Below, one piece after another: positions 8,581 through 18,792 of a stretch of 64,000 nt of DNA. Made by a program: the position numbers and the translations under genes. Positions within the stretch are counted from its first letter, which is position 1; each line of letters opens with the position of its first letter. A model generated the notes under the pieces. That model worked only from the letters and a program-made list of their open reading frames with translations. It made no database searches and was not told the DNA's origin. The stretch lies in sequence record OP114734.1, one strand, 5' to 3'. The stretch is from Escherichia phage vB_ESM-pEJ01.

Positions 8581-9105
8581 TTAGTAGCCTCGTTCTTGAC
8601 GGGCGAAGTTTTCAGCATTTTTCAGATAGTACAGAATAAAGAGTTCTTGAGCGTCAATACCCAGCGGGATCATCTTTGACAGAATGAAGTGGATCGCGTC
8701 CACAAATTCAAATTTCACTTCAAGCTGATCTTCCGGTGACAGTTCAGAGAATTTACGCGCTCGCGCTTCTCCGTGGTTCTTTTTCCACATTTTCCAGATT
8801 GCACTTGCATCTTTACCATTGGACATTCCACCCAGCGATGTGTAAAGCTCTCGTGTTTCGTCTGCGATAGCGTCATCCATCCGCTGCATCCAATCCAGCA
8901 TTTCACCGCAAGTCTCTAGCTTAGTTGGATTTGGGACCCAATCAAATTTTTCGGATAATGCAACCTGCAAACCAGTTTGCATTTCGAGCATCACCTGAAA
9001 CGGATCTTTACCTTCTGCAATAGCGTGATGATATGCGGCGATAGCCGCGTTAATATCTTTTTCGTTAACCAGACCAGCACAAGAATTAAATTCTGACATA
9101 TTCAC
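8581..9105 (-). CDS. 56: dCTP pyrophosphatase (dCTPase-dUTPase) gp56
   Basis: DETRELYTSLGGMS, LSPEDQLEVKFE, LYYLKNAENFARQERGY match remembered T4 gp56. Confidence 0.9.
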   Translation of the reverse strand: MNMSEFNSCAGLVNEKDINAAIAAYHHAIAEGKDPFQVMLEMQTGLQVALSEKFDWVPNPTKLETCGEMLDWMQRMDDAIADETRELYTSLGGMSNGKDASAIWKMWKKNHGEARARKFSELSPEDQLEVKFEFVDAIHFILSKMIPLGIDAQELFILYYLKNAENFARQERGY

Positions 9106-9113
9106 CTCATTAA

Positions 9114-10142
9114 TTAAAATTTACAATATTTCATAAACCGCATTTTAGCCATCAGACCTTGTACGGTGTTCTCTTTGATATATTCCATGATCTGGTCGCG
9201 TGTAGCGCCCTCGTCCTGAATCATGGCGTTGACGTCTTTAGAATGCCACGGGCAACGATCCCACAATACAATCTTTTCCCCTGCATTGATAAACTTTTCC
9301 AGTCGGTGCATTGTATCGGCAGACCGTGGTTCCGCATCAAGTACAAACACTCGCTGATCAGGGAAAGGAATTTCATCTAATCCCAAAGTACCGCCAGTAA
9401 TTGCACACCCGTTATCAATAAACAATGAATCGATCGGACCTTCTAAGAAATACACTGGCCTACTCGGATCGGCGCGTTCAAGACCATAGACCTTACTCGC
9501 TAACTCATGAGTTTTAATCGTCATATATTTGGTCTTTCCGTAATCCTTTCTCAATGCTCGCCCCTGAATGGATTCTATCTTGTTCTCGCGGTTAAAGATA
9601 GGAATCACTAAACGCGGTTCAGGTTGTGGATTCTTGAAAGTATCAGCCTTAATGTGATTTGCTACCTTTTGCCATTCTCTCGTGAAATACAGAAGATCCC
9701 ATTTATCGTGGGGAATGCAACGATCACTGACATACTTTATTATAGGATGATTAGCCGGAAGAGTATCTAACCTCTCGCAGAAAGGCAATGTTTGCACTTT
9801 CTTAATCTCCGGCTTTTCTACCTTTTTCAGTGGCTTGAACGTGGTGTTCTTGTGGTCGCCTTGTTCCTTCCGTCGTTCCATAAGCCATTCCCTGAATAGG
9901 TCCGGCTTATATTGTTTAAGAAATTCACCTAACGGCTGATTATAGTTACAGTTGAAGCAACCACAACGCAAACTATCTTTATAGGTATAGATACGGAATC
10001 GCGCTTGAGTATGATTTTTCTTTGAGTCACCGCAGATCGGACAACTACACACCAGCGTAAATGAGCTAGTATGCAACCGTTTAAAATTTCGTTCGCCGTA
10101 TATGGCTTTTTCCGCTATTTCATAATCTGCGTAGTAAATCAT
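9114..10142 (-). CDS. 61: DNA primase gp61
   Basis: 342 aa (same length as T4 gp61); N-terminal zinc-binding cysteines CSCPICGD...CGCFNC; position next to gene 56. Confidence 0.85.
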   Translation of the reverse strand: MIYYADYEIAEKAIYGERNFKRLHTSSFTLVCSCPICGDSKKNHTQARFRIYTYKDSLRCGCFNCNYNQPLGEFLKQYKPDLFREWLMERRKEQGDHKNTTFKPLKKVEKPEIKKVQTLPFCERLDTLPANHPIIKYVSDRCIPHDKWDLLYFTREWQKVANHIKADTFKNPQPEPRLVIPIFNRENKIESIQGRALRKDYGKTKYMTIKTHELASKVYGLERADPSRPVYFLEGPIDSLFIDNGCAITGGTLGLDEIPFPDQRVFVLDAEPRSADTMHRLEKFINAGEKIVLWDRCPWHSKDVNAMIQDEGATRDQIMEYIKENTVQGLMAKMRFMKYCKF

Positions 10143-10151
10143 AATAACCTC

Positions 10152-10355
10152 TTATAGCTCAAATTTCATGAAAGTTCCCACACTTTCATTTTCATTCTCT
10201 CCGTTTTCATCTAAGCCAAATTTGTAGACACTACCATCTGGCGATGTGTAAGAGAATACACGAAAACGGCCTACCGGATCAAGTTCTGTAAATTCATATT
10301 CTTTTCCGGCTTCAAAAAGTGAATATGTGCTTTTAAGACATTTCATCGTGATCAT
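10152..10355 (-). CDS. hypothetical protein (67 aa)
   Basis: ORF track; co-oriented; no motif. Confidence 0.45.
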   Translation of the reverse strand: MITMKCLKSTYSLFEAGKEYEFTELDPVGRFRVFSYTSPDGSVYKFGLDENGENENESVGTFMKFEL

Positions 10356-10618
10356 TTAAGCGCCACCGACAACAGAATGAGAACTACACCAACATACATT
10401 GTGATCTCGGATAACTTTTCTGTTTTTGTTTTGTGTCCAGATAATCCGAAAACAACAACACCGACAATAGCGGACAGCAAGCCAACGATAAACATGATGA
10501 TACTAAGCACCGTCTTTCTCCTTTTTGCGTTTTTCTTTACCCGATATACTAGGTCCACGATTGGTAATAGATCCGCTCGTTTCACCTGCTGCGATCTTCT
10601 CAGGATTGCCGCCAGCAT
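10352..10618 (-). CDS. small membrane protein
   Basis: Two hydrophobic segments (SIIMFIVGLLSAIVGVVVFGL; MYVGVVLILLSVAL); start codon uncertain. Confidence 0.45.
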   Translation of the reverse strand: MLAAILRRSQQVKRADLLPIVDLVYRVKKNAKRRKTVLSIIMFIVGLLSAIVGVVVFGLSGHKTKTEKLSEITMYVGVVLILLSVALK

Positions 10619-10675
10619 CGCCAGCGGTCATATCTTCTTTGAGTTTATTTTCTTCAACAAACTGTTTAAAGCCAA

Positions 10676-11050
10676 TCATAGAATAATCTCTTTCAGTAAG
10701 TCAACAATCTGGTCTTTCGTCAGTTTATCCTGATTCTCTACAATCTTGATAACACAAGCGTTAACATCTTTTCGAGTAACGCGGGAGATCGTTTTAATAC
10801 GATGAAACGGTTCGTAGAAATATACTGCTTCATTATAGAGCGCAGCAATTTTTCGACGCATTTGATCTTTATCAGCCAGAAAAACAATTGCAGTTTTCGG
10901 ATCTACACCAGCCACATCATAAAGTTCGGCGACTCCCCAGCGTCCTTCCGGTTCAACCATCCCAGCGTGTTTACCGTTAATAAAGATAAGAACGTCTCCG
11001 TTATTTGCGGTTTTAAATGCTACATCTTCCGGTGTAATCATATTTTTCAT
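10676..11050 (-). CDS. hypothetical protein (124 aa)
   Basis: ORF track; AGGAG-like SD (aaggagactatattATG). Confidence 0.5.
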   Translation of the reverse strand: MKNMITPEDVAFKTANNGDVLIFINGKHAGMVEPEGRWGVAELYDVAGVDPKTAIVFLADKDQMRRKIAALYNEAVYFYEPFHRIKTISRVTRKDVNACVIKIVENQDKLTKDQIVDLLKEIIL

Positions 11051-11080
11051 AATATAGTCTCCTTAGAGTTTCATTATAGG

Positions 11081-11716
11081 TCAAGCGAACGTAGAAAGCA
11101 AATGTTTTGTTTCTTTCAGTTGTCTTTCAAGATCTTTGCGTTTCTCTTTAAGTTGCATTTTAGCATTATTTCGCTCTCTTGAAACCTCTCTATCAATGCT
11201 CTTAGTCCAATTATCAATATCAGAATAAGTTGGCATACCCAATTCTAAGCCTAATGCGGTTGGATACAGGGTAACAGTCCATAAACCGCTAATCTTCTTA
11301 AATAGGTCGGGGTGTAGTGTACTATCTACATCTTCCGGTGTCAACTCTTTTTCTTCTTTCAGTGGTGGGATCTCGTCATATGGTTCCAGTGCATTTACTT
11401 TAATATCAGATACCTCATCAAAGAATCCGCGTACATCCGCAGGAAATACACAAGCAATTTCCCAACCGTGGTCACGCAGAGAAGTAATATTTTTCACTCC
11501 CCCACCATGTGTGATGATTGATGTGACATTGCCATCAAGGTCCACCGAATTTACGAGAAATGGCTTATCGTCTGTCAGATCATTATAAAACTGTGCTTCG
11601 GCTGTAGTCATCTCCAGAAACAGATCTCGGATCGGACGACCATCAGGTGCGTTACCTTCCTTGAGAGTATAAAAACGACTTACGATCCATTTTGGCGGTA
11701 AAGCATTAGCGATCAT
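11081..11716 (-). CDS. hypothetical protein (211 aa), basic coiled-coil C-terminus
   Basis: ORF track; no confident motif. Confidence 0.5.
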   Translation of the reverse strand: MIANALPPKWIVSRFYTLKEGNAPDGRPIRDLFLEMTTAEAQFYNDLTDDKPFLVNSVDLDGNVTSIITHGGGVKNITSLRDHGWEIACVFPADVRGFFDEVSDIKVNALEPYDEIPPLKEEKELTPEDVDSTLHPDLFKKISGLWTVTLYPTALGLELGMPTYSDIDNWTKSIDREVSRERNNAKMQLKEKRKDLERQLKETKHLLSTFA

Positions 11717-11766
11717 GTTATATCTCCTATCAAATCATTCACCAGCGCCCCGCAGGGCGCATTTTA

Positions 11767-13179
11767 TTAGAAAGTCATGTTATTTGCTAGCTCGTCGAGT
11801 TTTTCTCGTTTCTCGGCTTGCTGTGCGCTTTGTGGTTTAACTTGTGCATTCTCCTGATCTGCGATCTGGTTTGGTACTTCATACCAACGCTGATTGCCTT
11901 TTTTCACACCAACGTTAAACCGTGAATAATAGTTCTTATCACCGTAACGAGACTTGATCTGCTTCATGAGTTGGACGCCCATTTTAGCCAGGTCTTCGGT
12001 TTCGATAACACCCAACATAAAGTCGGCAGTAGCCGGAAGACCTGCCGATTCAGCGGTATCACTCATGTTAAGGTCGGAAGCATCCCAACCCGCGCGGGTA
12101 GTCTGTGCCGCAGTCCAACCAACAACATCCCACTTAACAAAAAATCCTCGCAGTTCTTCCGCAATCGCCTTAACTAGTGTGTAACTATTTTCAGAGTATA
12201 CACGCAAGCGAGACGATGCGCAAATCCCAAGATAGTCAACAATCACAACATCAGGTTTAAACTGTTTCTTGAGTCGCAATTCATTCATTAACGCCTCAAA
12301 GTGATTGGAGTTCGCGCCACCAGTCGGATACTGCTTGATCATCAATTTTCCAACCGGACGATCTCCGATCTTCTTATTCTTAACACGCTTCATACGTGCG
12401 GAATATTCCGCAAAAGAAACATTACCATTATCCAATTCATCTAATGTAATGTCAAGCAAGTTTGCGTCAATACGTTTGGCTACGACATGCTCTGCCATCT
12501 CCATTGAGATATACAATACATCATAACCACATTCCATATAATCCGCAGCAAGAGAACACAGTCCAAGCGATTTGCCAACGTTTACACCAGCAAGCAACAC
12601 GTTTAGCGTTTTTCTTTCCGCCCCTCCTTTCGTGATTTTATTCAACATCGGCAGCTTAAATGGGATCTTATTCGCCTTAGTCTGATATAACAGGAATCGT
12701 TTTTCAAAGTCATTAAACCAGTCATGACCTACATCAGAATCAAACGTAATGGATAGTGCTTCCTGCATAATTTCAGGAATAGCGCCCTCACTAGGCAATT
12801 TCTTATTCTGTTTCTCTTTTGGTAGTTGTGCGTTCGCCTGAATCTCTAGCGCCCGTGACATTGCATTGTACATAGCACGGTCACGAATAAATTTTTCGGT
12901 TTCCTTCATTAACCAATCAAGGTCTTCCGGTGTATTCTCCAGCGAATCGAGAAGAGTTTTAGCCCCTTCATATGTTGTCTGATTGCCTCTCTCCTTGTCT
13001 AAAGCAATCTGTAATGCAGTTGGCGTAGGAATATTGGAATATTCGTCTACGTGCTTTTTAATCAGCTTATAAATCAGTTTTTCTTCGTCTTCGGTGAAGT
13101 AGTCCGCTTTAAGGTGAGGCCATACATTCGTAAAGAATGCGCCATTGTAAATCAACTGTGAAAAGATAGTTTTAATCAT
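11767..13179 (-). CDS. 41: replicative DNA helicase gp41 (DnaB-like)
   Basis: Near-colinear with remembered T4 gp41: LNVLLAGVNVGKSLGLCSLAADY, YISMEMAE, IKSRYGDKN. Confidence 0.93.
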   Translation of the reverse strand: MIKTIFSQLIYNGAFFTNVWPHLKADYFTEDEEKLIYKLIKKHVDEYSNIPTPTALQIALDKERGNQTTYEGAKTLLDSLENTPEDLDWLMKETEKFIRDRAMYNAMSRALEIQANAQLPKEKQNKKLPSEGAIPEIMQEALSITFDSDVGHDWFNDFEKRFLLYQTKANKIPFKLPMLNKITKGGAERKTLNVLLAGVNVGKSLGLCSLAADYMECGYDVLYISMEMAEHVVAKRIDANLLDITLDELDNGNVSFAEYSARMKRVKNKKIGDRPVGKLMIKQYPTGGANSNHFEALMNELRLKKQFKPDVVIVDYLGICASSRLRVYSENSYTLVKAIAEELRGFFVKWDVVGWTAAQTTRAGWDASDLNMSDTAESAGLPATADFMLGVIETEDLAKMGVQLMKQIKSRYGDKNYYSRFNVGVKKGNQRWYEVPNQIADQENAQVKPQSAQQAEKREKLDELANNMTF

Positions 13180-13493
13180 ACGTAGCCCCCAACTACACGC
13201 ATAACAAAGGTCTTGAGTTTATACCAGAAAGTTTCTTTTTTCAACTTTTCTTCTGCTTCTTTGATCTGCGCGGTTAACGCCTTAATGACGTGTGGATATA
13301 CCACATCACGATCTGACGGCGTGGAGTAGTCGACCACAATACCTTTAGTGTCTGGATCGTATTCAACATTATGAATATAGACAATATGATGTTCTCCCTC
13401 TTCATCAACAATTATCAGTTCCTGAATAACTGTCTTCATTGCTTCTTGAATCAAGCTGTGTGCTTCTTCTAAACTTGTTGGTTTCTTATCCAT
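13176..13493 (-). CDS. small acidic protein at the T4 gene-40 position
   Basis: 105-aa ORF between gene 41 and uvsX as in T4; sequence identity not verified. Confidence 0.5.
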   Translation of the reverse strand: MDKKPTSLEEAHSLIQEAMKTVIQELIIVDEEGEHHIVYIHNVEYDPDTKGIVVDYSTPSDRDVVYPHVIKALTAQIKEAEEKLKKETFWYKLKTFVMRVVGGYV

Positions 13494-13534
13494 AATATAA
13501 TCCTCTCAGTCAAAATATCATTTTACTACTTTAA

Positions 13535-14311
13535 TTATTCTATGTCAACAAATTTCCAATTTGGAAAGTCTGGACTCATACAACGACGCCGAACGGTTCC
13601 GCGCTCGTTTCCTAGTACCTTAGATACTTCCGATACAGATTTATAAATCACACCATCAACAAATACAGCCTTTCGGTCTTTCCTGTTTTGGTTTTTGCTC
13701 TTTTCTCTTCTGGCTTCTACGTTATCCGAATCATTCCATTGTCTCTTTGCTGTCTCTCTGGAAGATATTGCCTTTTGTTCTTTAACAATATCTTTAACGA
13801 GTTGTTCTTGTCCTGTTATCTTCGCCCACACATTAACAGACTGGATAGCATTAGCCTCACTCATTCCCCAGCGTTTGCCGGATATATTCTTACGACGCAC
13901 GCGTAGAAATTCGTTAAAGACTTCTTCGCATTGGTGCATATAATCACGAAATCCATATTTCTTAGCCCATGCCTCTTTAATTGCATCAGACATATTTTCG
14001 GCAATACGTCTACGCATCCATGCATACTCCTTATTATTGCGACCGTGACTGGTCATGCACATCATACGCGAAGCCATAATAAGACCCACATGTTTAGGAT
14101 ACATTTTAGCTAAAAGTAGATGTGCTGTAAAGTGTTCCTCTGGAGTCAATGGAACGAGATTTTCGTGGTCATCGGTTCCACCCATACAACGTGGTTTAAC
14201 GTGATGGATCTCTACATATCCGGTCGGCTTCTCGCGGGTTCTTGCTCGTTCAATCAATTTTTTGTAATGTGCTTTGTAGTTCATGTGATCCTCCATATGA
14301 AAAAGGGGCAT
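13535..14311 (-). CDS. HNH homing endonuclease
   Basis: HNH motif GYVEIHHVKPRCMGGTDDHENLVPLTPEEH; basic C-terminal putative DNA-binding region; inserted between gene-40-position ORF and uvsX. Confidence 0.75.
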   Translation of the reverse strand: MPLFHMEDHMNYKAHYKKLIERARTREKPTGYVEIHHVKPRCMGGTDDHENLVPLTPEEHFTAHLLLAKMYPKHVGLIMASRMMCMTSHGRNNKEYAWMRRRIAENMSDAIKEAWAKKYGFRDYMHQCEEVFNEFLRVRRKNISGKRWGMSEANAIQSVNVWAKITGQEQLVKDIVKEQKAISSRETAKRQWNDSDNVEARREKSKNQNRKDRKAVFVDGVIYKSVSEVSKVLGNERGTVRRRCMSPDFPNWKFVDIE

Positions 14312-14335
14312 AACGCCCCTTAACTGTCACTGATA

Positions 14336-15406
14336 TTATGCTAACATATCTTCGATTTCTTTGTCAACTGCTTCGTCGCTGATAATCTGGCCTAACTGAT
14401 AATGATCGTTGATTGCTTTCTGGAAGTGCTCATTGGTCAGTAGAGGTTTCCAGAACTCCACACTGTCAGTGTCTTTTGCACGCACCTTGCGGTCTTCAAC
14501 TTCCATTTCTCCGGTCTCCTCGTTAAGAATAGCGCGAGAATACCAGCCATTTGATGGTTTAACTACCCAACCCAACTCCACCGCAAGATCCAGCAATCCA
14601 GAATAAGGATCGATGCCACCACTAAACGTTACGCTAATCGGGAACTTTGATCCCTCTCTAACCGTTCGTGATTTCTCGGCTTTCAGAATAAAGTCATAAC
14701 CCGTAACCTCGGTTCCTTCTTTCTGCTGGCGACGCCCAATGATGAAAATTTCATTGGAAGAGTAAACGCCACCAGTACCGCCACCCATGATATCTTTCGG
14801 GTAAAGATCCATTGAGCTATAAACGTGGTTAATCGCAATGCACGGAATATCATTCATGGTCAGATACGGCGTAATCATACGGAACAAGCCTTTAAGTGCT
14901 TTAGCTCTCGTCATATCCTGTGCCGATTTCTCATTAATCGCGTCTTCAACTTCTTTTTTACTTGCCAAGTTACCGATTGAGTCAATAAAGATGATCACTT
15001 TATCTTCACGGGTAATTTGCTCAAGCTGGTTCATGATCTCAAATTTAAGTTCTTCGATGTTCTTGATTGGAACGTGCACCACTCGATCAGGATCTACACC
15101 CATAGATGACAGATACGCGGAAGTAATGCCAAATTCTGAATCAAAGAACAAACAAGCCGCATCTGGATTCTGTTTCATGTATGCACTAACACAAGTTAAT
15201 CCCATGTTTGATTTAAAGTGCTTAGACGGACCAGCAAAGAAAATCAGACCAGATTGAAAGCCTTTTTTAAGATCACCAGAAAACGCAATATTCAGCATCG
15301 GGATCTTAGTGCGAGTATTTGTTTTTTCGTTAAAGAAGCTGGATTTAGACAGTACCGCAGTAGTTTTCAGGGTAGAGTTCTTTTTCAGTTTTTCCAGTAC
15401 AGACAT
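14336..15406 (-). CDS. uvsX: UvsX recombinase (RecA-like)
   Basis: KIPMLNIAFSG, GPSKHFKSN (Walker A), FIDSIGNLASKKE match remembered T4 UvsX. Confidence 0.93.
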   Translation of the reverse strand: MSVLEKLKKNSTLKTTAVLSKSSFFNEKTNTRTKIPMLNIAFSGDLKKGFQSGLIFFAGPSKHFKSNMGLTCVSAYMKQNPDAACLFFDSEFGITSAYLSSMGVDPDRVVHVPIKNIEELKFEIMNQLEQITREDKVIIFIDSIGNLASKKEVEDAINEKSAQDMTRAKALKGLFRMITPYLTMNDIPCIAINHVYSSMDLYPKDIMGGGTGGVYSSNEIFIIGRRQQKEGTEVTGYDFILKAEKSRTVREGSKFPISVTFSGGIDPYSGLLDLAVELGWVVKPSNGWYSRAILNEETGEMEVEDRKVRAKDTDSVEFWKPLLTNEHFQKAINDHYQLGQIISDEAVDKEIEDMLA

Positions 15407-15417
15407 TATTAATACCT

Positions 15418-15645
15418 CTATTCAGTTAATCCGTAATACTTTAATTGCTTCATTGTTATTCGATCTTTGTAGTGCTCTTGAATTAACTTTTTCATCACAT
15501 CAACATCGATCGTCACAAATACTTCGTTGCTGTGATTTCCGTGAACTTTCTTGAAATGCTCTATGCCTTCCTCACGTTCACGTTTAATCTTTTCAATGTC
15601 TCTCATAATATATTTCTCACATTGGCGGGTATCGTAACCCAACAC
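15418..15645 (-). CDS. hypothetical protein (75 aa)
   Basis: Only ORF between uvsX and gene 43. Confidence 0.5.
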   Translation of the reverse strand: MLGYDTRQCEKYIMRDIEKIKREREEGIEHFKKVHGNHSNEVFVTIDVDVMKKLIQEHYKDRITMKQLKYYGLTE

Positions 15646-15667
15646 CCGCCATTATACACACTTTATC

Positions 15668-18346
15668 TTAAATGTCAAACAGGTCCGTAAGCGATGCCAC
15701 CTTTTCATATTGCAGCTTTGCAGCCGTGGTAATGTTCTCCAGTGGTTTGACGAAAGTCTTATTAAACAACAAAGGCCAGTCCAACCACTTCAACACCTCT
15801 GATTCAATTTCTGGAGGAATACGAGTACCAGACAACCAACCAAAACAGATTTCTCCAAACGGATTTCGATCTTTAAGCGGTACAATCATAACCTTCTCGC
15901 CTTCACGAATCGGATCTAGTCCGAATTTTCGAGCATTACGATTATAACACAATACACTCTTAACCGCATACGGACAACCCTTAATCGGATACCCGTTTGA
16001 ATCGCTGTATTTCTGTAGGTTGTTTGCAGATGATACCGCAGCAACATCAAGATAGTCAAGTTTTCTAAATTCTTGCTCAAAAATACCGTAGTATTCCTGC
16101 AATGACTCTTCACCTTCCTGCAACATACGGCGAATACATTCTTTCAGTGATTTCTGACATGCTTTAGGGGTGGAGCTACGTTGCGTTTCCAAGCCCATGA
16201 TTTTTAGCTTAGGTTCAGCAAAGCGCGTTCCTTCCATATCCCAAACATTAAGAGCATAACGCTTTTTGCCAGTCCAGAATCCACCGATACCCGCAGATTT
16301 CAACGGAGGACCAGCAATTGCCTCACGGTCCATAAACATCAAGTGCTCATAGTTGTTCATGTACTCGCATAACTCGCGATATCCCTTGTCGATAATAGGT
16401 TCCATTCGATGTTTACCGAAATTATCAAGGAAGTCAACAAGTTTTTCGGTATCGTCGAAACGATCTTCCCCGCCAACCTTATCAACAACATTGTTAACCA
16501 GCACATAAACGGAGTCAGTATCACAATAACGAACATATGCAAAATCGGTTGTTCCGCAAAGCTCGTTTAAGTATTCGTTAATCTTACGCTCAATCCACTG
16601 AATTGCAAGCTGACCGAACAGTGTGATCGCACTAGCGTTACGGAGATCATAAAAACGGAATTTAGGATTCCCCAACGCACCATAAAGTGAGTTGATCAAA
16701 ACTTTTCGAGAAAGCTGGTTTGTATTGCACAAGATCGACTCGTCTTTACATTCTTCCAGCAATTTCTCTAAGGTATCTTTGCTTAATTCAGAAAGCATCG
16801 ATTTAAACGCTTCATCGAAGTCGTGACGCACTTCAACGCTATAGCTAATGGTTCCCCCATAAACATGATTTTCATCGTGTAGAATCGCTTTACATAGTTC
16901 AGCATTGCGATCACATGCCAACATCATGTTTTTGTACTGCTTACGCTGATCGAATACCTTTTTAATCTCAATCGGTACGATACCATGAATATCTTTTCTA
17001 TACATCCATCCGTTAGGCGAGCAAGAATACTCATCACTCGGACGTGGTGCAGTTTTATTGATATACTCGTGCATCGGTGCAGCATCAAAAGATCCAGCGA
17101 TTGTTTCAGGAGAAATATTAACCTGTCGAATAATAGATGGGTACAGACTTGTTAAGTCAAAGCTCATCATCCAACGGTAAGCATTTGGCACAGGTTCTTT
17201 TACAAATGCGCCTGGATACGTCTGCTTAGGCTGTATCTTATTTTCCGGTACTACTTTACCCTCAGCTTTCAGAGATCCGAAGATAATAGCATCCCATACT
17301 TTCATCGGGTTATAAACATGGTTAAATTTAATCTTTGCATAGAAACATAGACTATACACAAGATCGATAAATCCACGCTTTTTATCAATCGCCAGCACAC
17401 GATCAACGTCGCCGATGTTATAATCGATGTAAAGTTGATGGTTGTCATCACGCAATTTCTTTAACGGACCATCATAATCAACCTTACCGATTCCTGTCTC
17501 ATATTCAGCAACATAATCTAACGCATATGTTGGTTGAGTCGTAAAGCTAAATTTCTTGTACAGGTCAATATAATCAAGGCTTTCGATCCCCATGATCGTA
17601 AATGCTTCACGCTCGTTGCCAAAATCATCCTGTGAGATTCTGGATTTAATCTTACCGCACGGGCTTAGACGGTTAGCGGTTCTACTTCCGAACTTATTAC
17701 TGATACGTTTAATGATATATGGAATATCGAATGTTTCTGTGTTCCAGCCAGTGAAACCAACGGGTCGGTTTTCCTCAAAGAATCGGATGTATTCTAACAG
17801 CAATTCATCTTCTGTGTCATAGACGTTATAAACAACGCGCTCTACAATATCAGGTCGAAGAATAGACTTGCTTGCTTCCCAGATTTCACCGTTTTTTCCT
17901 TTCAAATCAAATACAAAGAAACGATCATGTACGGAATCATAATGCGTAATTGCATCGATAGGATATTTCGCTTCTTCTGGTTTAGGAAATTCTGGGGCAG
18001 TGACCTCAATATCAACCCATGCTACACGGATTTTATTTCGGTCATATCGAATCTCGCCTTTATACGTATCAGACAGATAGGAGATGATAAAATCATCCAT
18101 CCCTAGTGCCTCCTGCCCCATTTCTCCCATCTTTTTACGCCATTTGTTGGCCTCGTTCATAGATGGGAATTTTTTAGCAATGCAAGGCTTGCCATAGATA
18201 TCTTTATAATTCGTAACCATACCAGGCGCGGCATGATGAAATAATGTTGGCGTATATTCAACGTAACGCTCTTGTTCTTGTCCAGCATCATCAATATAAC
18301 GCTCGTAGATCTTATCACCTACTCGCTCACATGACAGAAAATACAT
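15668..18346 (-). CDS. 43: DNA polymerase gp43 (family B)
   Basis: Colinear with remembered T4 gp43 (YGKPC, SFDLTSLYPSIIRQVNISPET, YCDTDS); start set to ATG at 18344-18346 with AAGGAG SD (track starts at upstream GTG 18376). Confidence 0.95.
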   Translation of the reverse strand: MYFLSCERVGDKIYERYIDDAGQEQERYVEYTPTLFHHAAPGMVTNYKDIYGKPCIAKKFPSMNEANKWRKKMGEMGQEALGMDDFIISYLSDTYKGEIRYDRNKIRVAWVDIEVTAPEFPKPEEAKYPIDAITHYDSVHDRFFVFDLKGKNGEIWEASKSILRPDIVERVVYNVYDTEDELLLEYIRFFEENRPVGFTGWNTETFDIPYIIKRISNKFGSRTANRLSPCGKIKSRISQDDFGNEREAFTIMGIESLDYIDLYKKFSFTTQPTYALDYVAEYETGIGKVDYDGPLKKLRDDNHQLYIDYNIGDVDRVLAIDKKRGFIDLVYSLCFYAKIKFNHVYNPMKVWDAIIFGSLKAEGKVVPENKIQPKQTYPGAFVKEPVPNAYRWMMSFDLTSLYPSIIRQVNISPETIAGSFDAAPMHEYINKTAPRPSDEYSCSPNGWMYRKDIHGIVPIEIKKVFDQRKQYKNMMLACDRNAELCKAILHDENHVYGGTISYSVEVRHDFDEAFKSMLSELSKDTLEKLLEECKDESILCNTNQLSRKVLINSLYGALGNPKFRFYDLRNASAITLFGQLAIQWIERKINEYLNELCGTTDFAYVRYCDTDSVYVLVNNVVDKVGGEDRFDDTEKLVDFLDNFGKHRMEPIIDKGYRELCEYMNNYEHLMFMDREAIAGPPLKSAGIGGFWTGKKRYALNVWDMEGTRFAEPKLKIMGLETQRSSTPKACQKSLKECIRRMLQEGEESLQEYYGIFEQEFRKLDYLDVAAVSSANNLQKYSDSNGYPIKGCPYAVKSVLCYNRNARKFGLDPIREGEKVMIVPLKDRNPFGEICFGWLSGTRIPPEIESEVLKWLDWPLLFNKTFVKPLENITTAAKLQYEKVASLTDLFDI

Positions 18347-18428
18347 AATATAAACTCCTTCATTTACGAAAGACACTCATTATAGGGGAATCGACCTAGT
18401 TTGTCAATACCCCTATCCCATCAGTATC

Positions 18429-18791
18429 TTAGCGTCCGATCTGATATTTCTCGATCAGCGTCCACTCTTCTTTCTGTTTGAAAGACAGTACACGGAAATT
18501 ATTAACTTCGGTAGTTTCAAAATCACTATCAATCAGGGTACACAGATTCCACTGCGCCAGAAGTTTTGCAATGTTATTACGGCGTAATTCATCTTCCCAC
18601 GTCATTTTAACACTACGACCATCTAATTTCAACAACTCCTTGAAATGAACGATGTAATAGCGCCCCTTCTTCTGGAGAATATGACAAGACTGATACAGTG
18701 TCTTGTCTCGATTGTTGGCAATGCCGCAGCGGGTTAAAGTCTCCTTAATTTTAAGGAAGTTTTCAGGACTAATCAAATTAATTTCAATCAT
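18429..18791 (-). CDS. regA: RegA translational repressor
   Basis: MIEINL...KETLTRCGIANNRDKTLYQSCHILQKKGRYYIVHFKE matches remembered T4 RegA. Confidence 0.9.
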   Translation of the reverse strand: MIEINLISPENFLKIKETLTRCGIANNRDKTLYQSCHILQKKGRYYIVHFKELLKLDGRSVKMTWEDELRRNNIAKLLAQWNLCTLIDSDFETTEVNNFRVLSFKQKEEWTLIEKYQIGR

Positions 18792-18792
18792 T

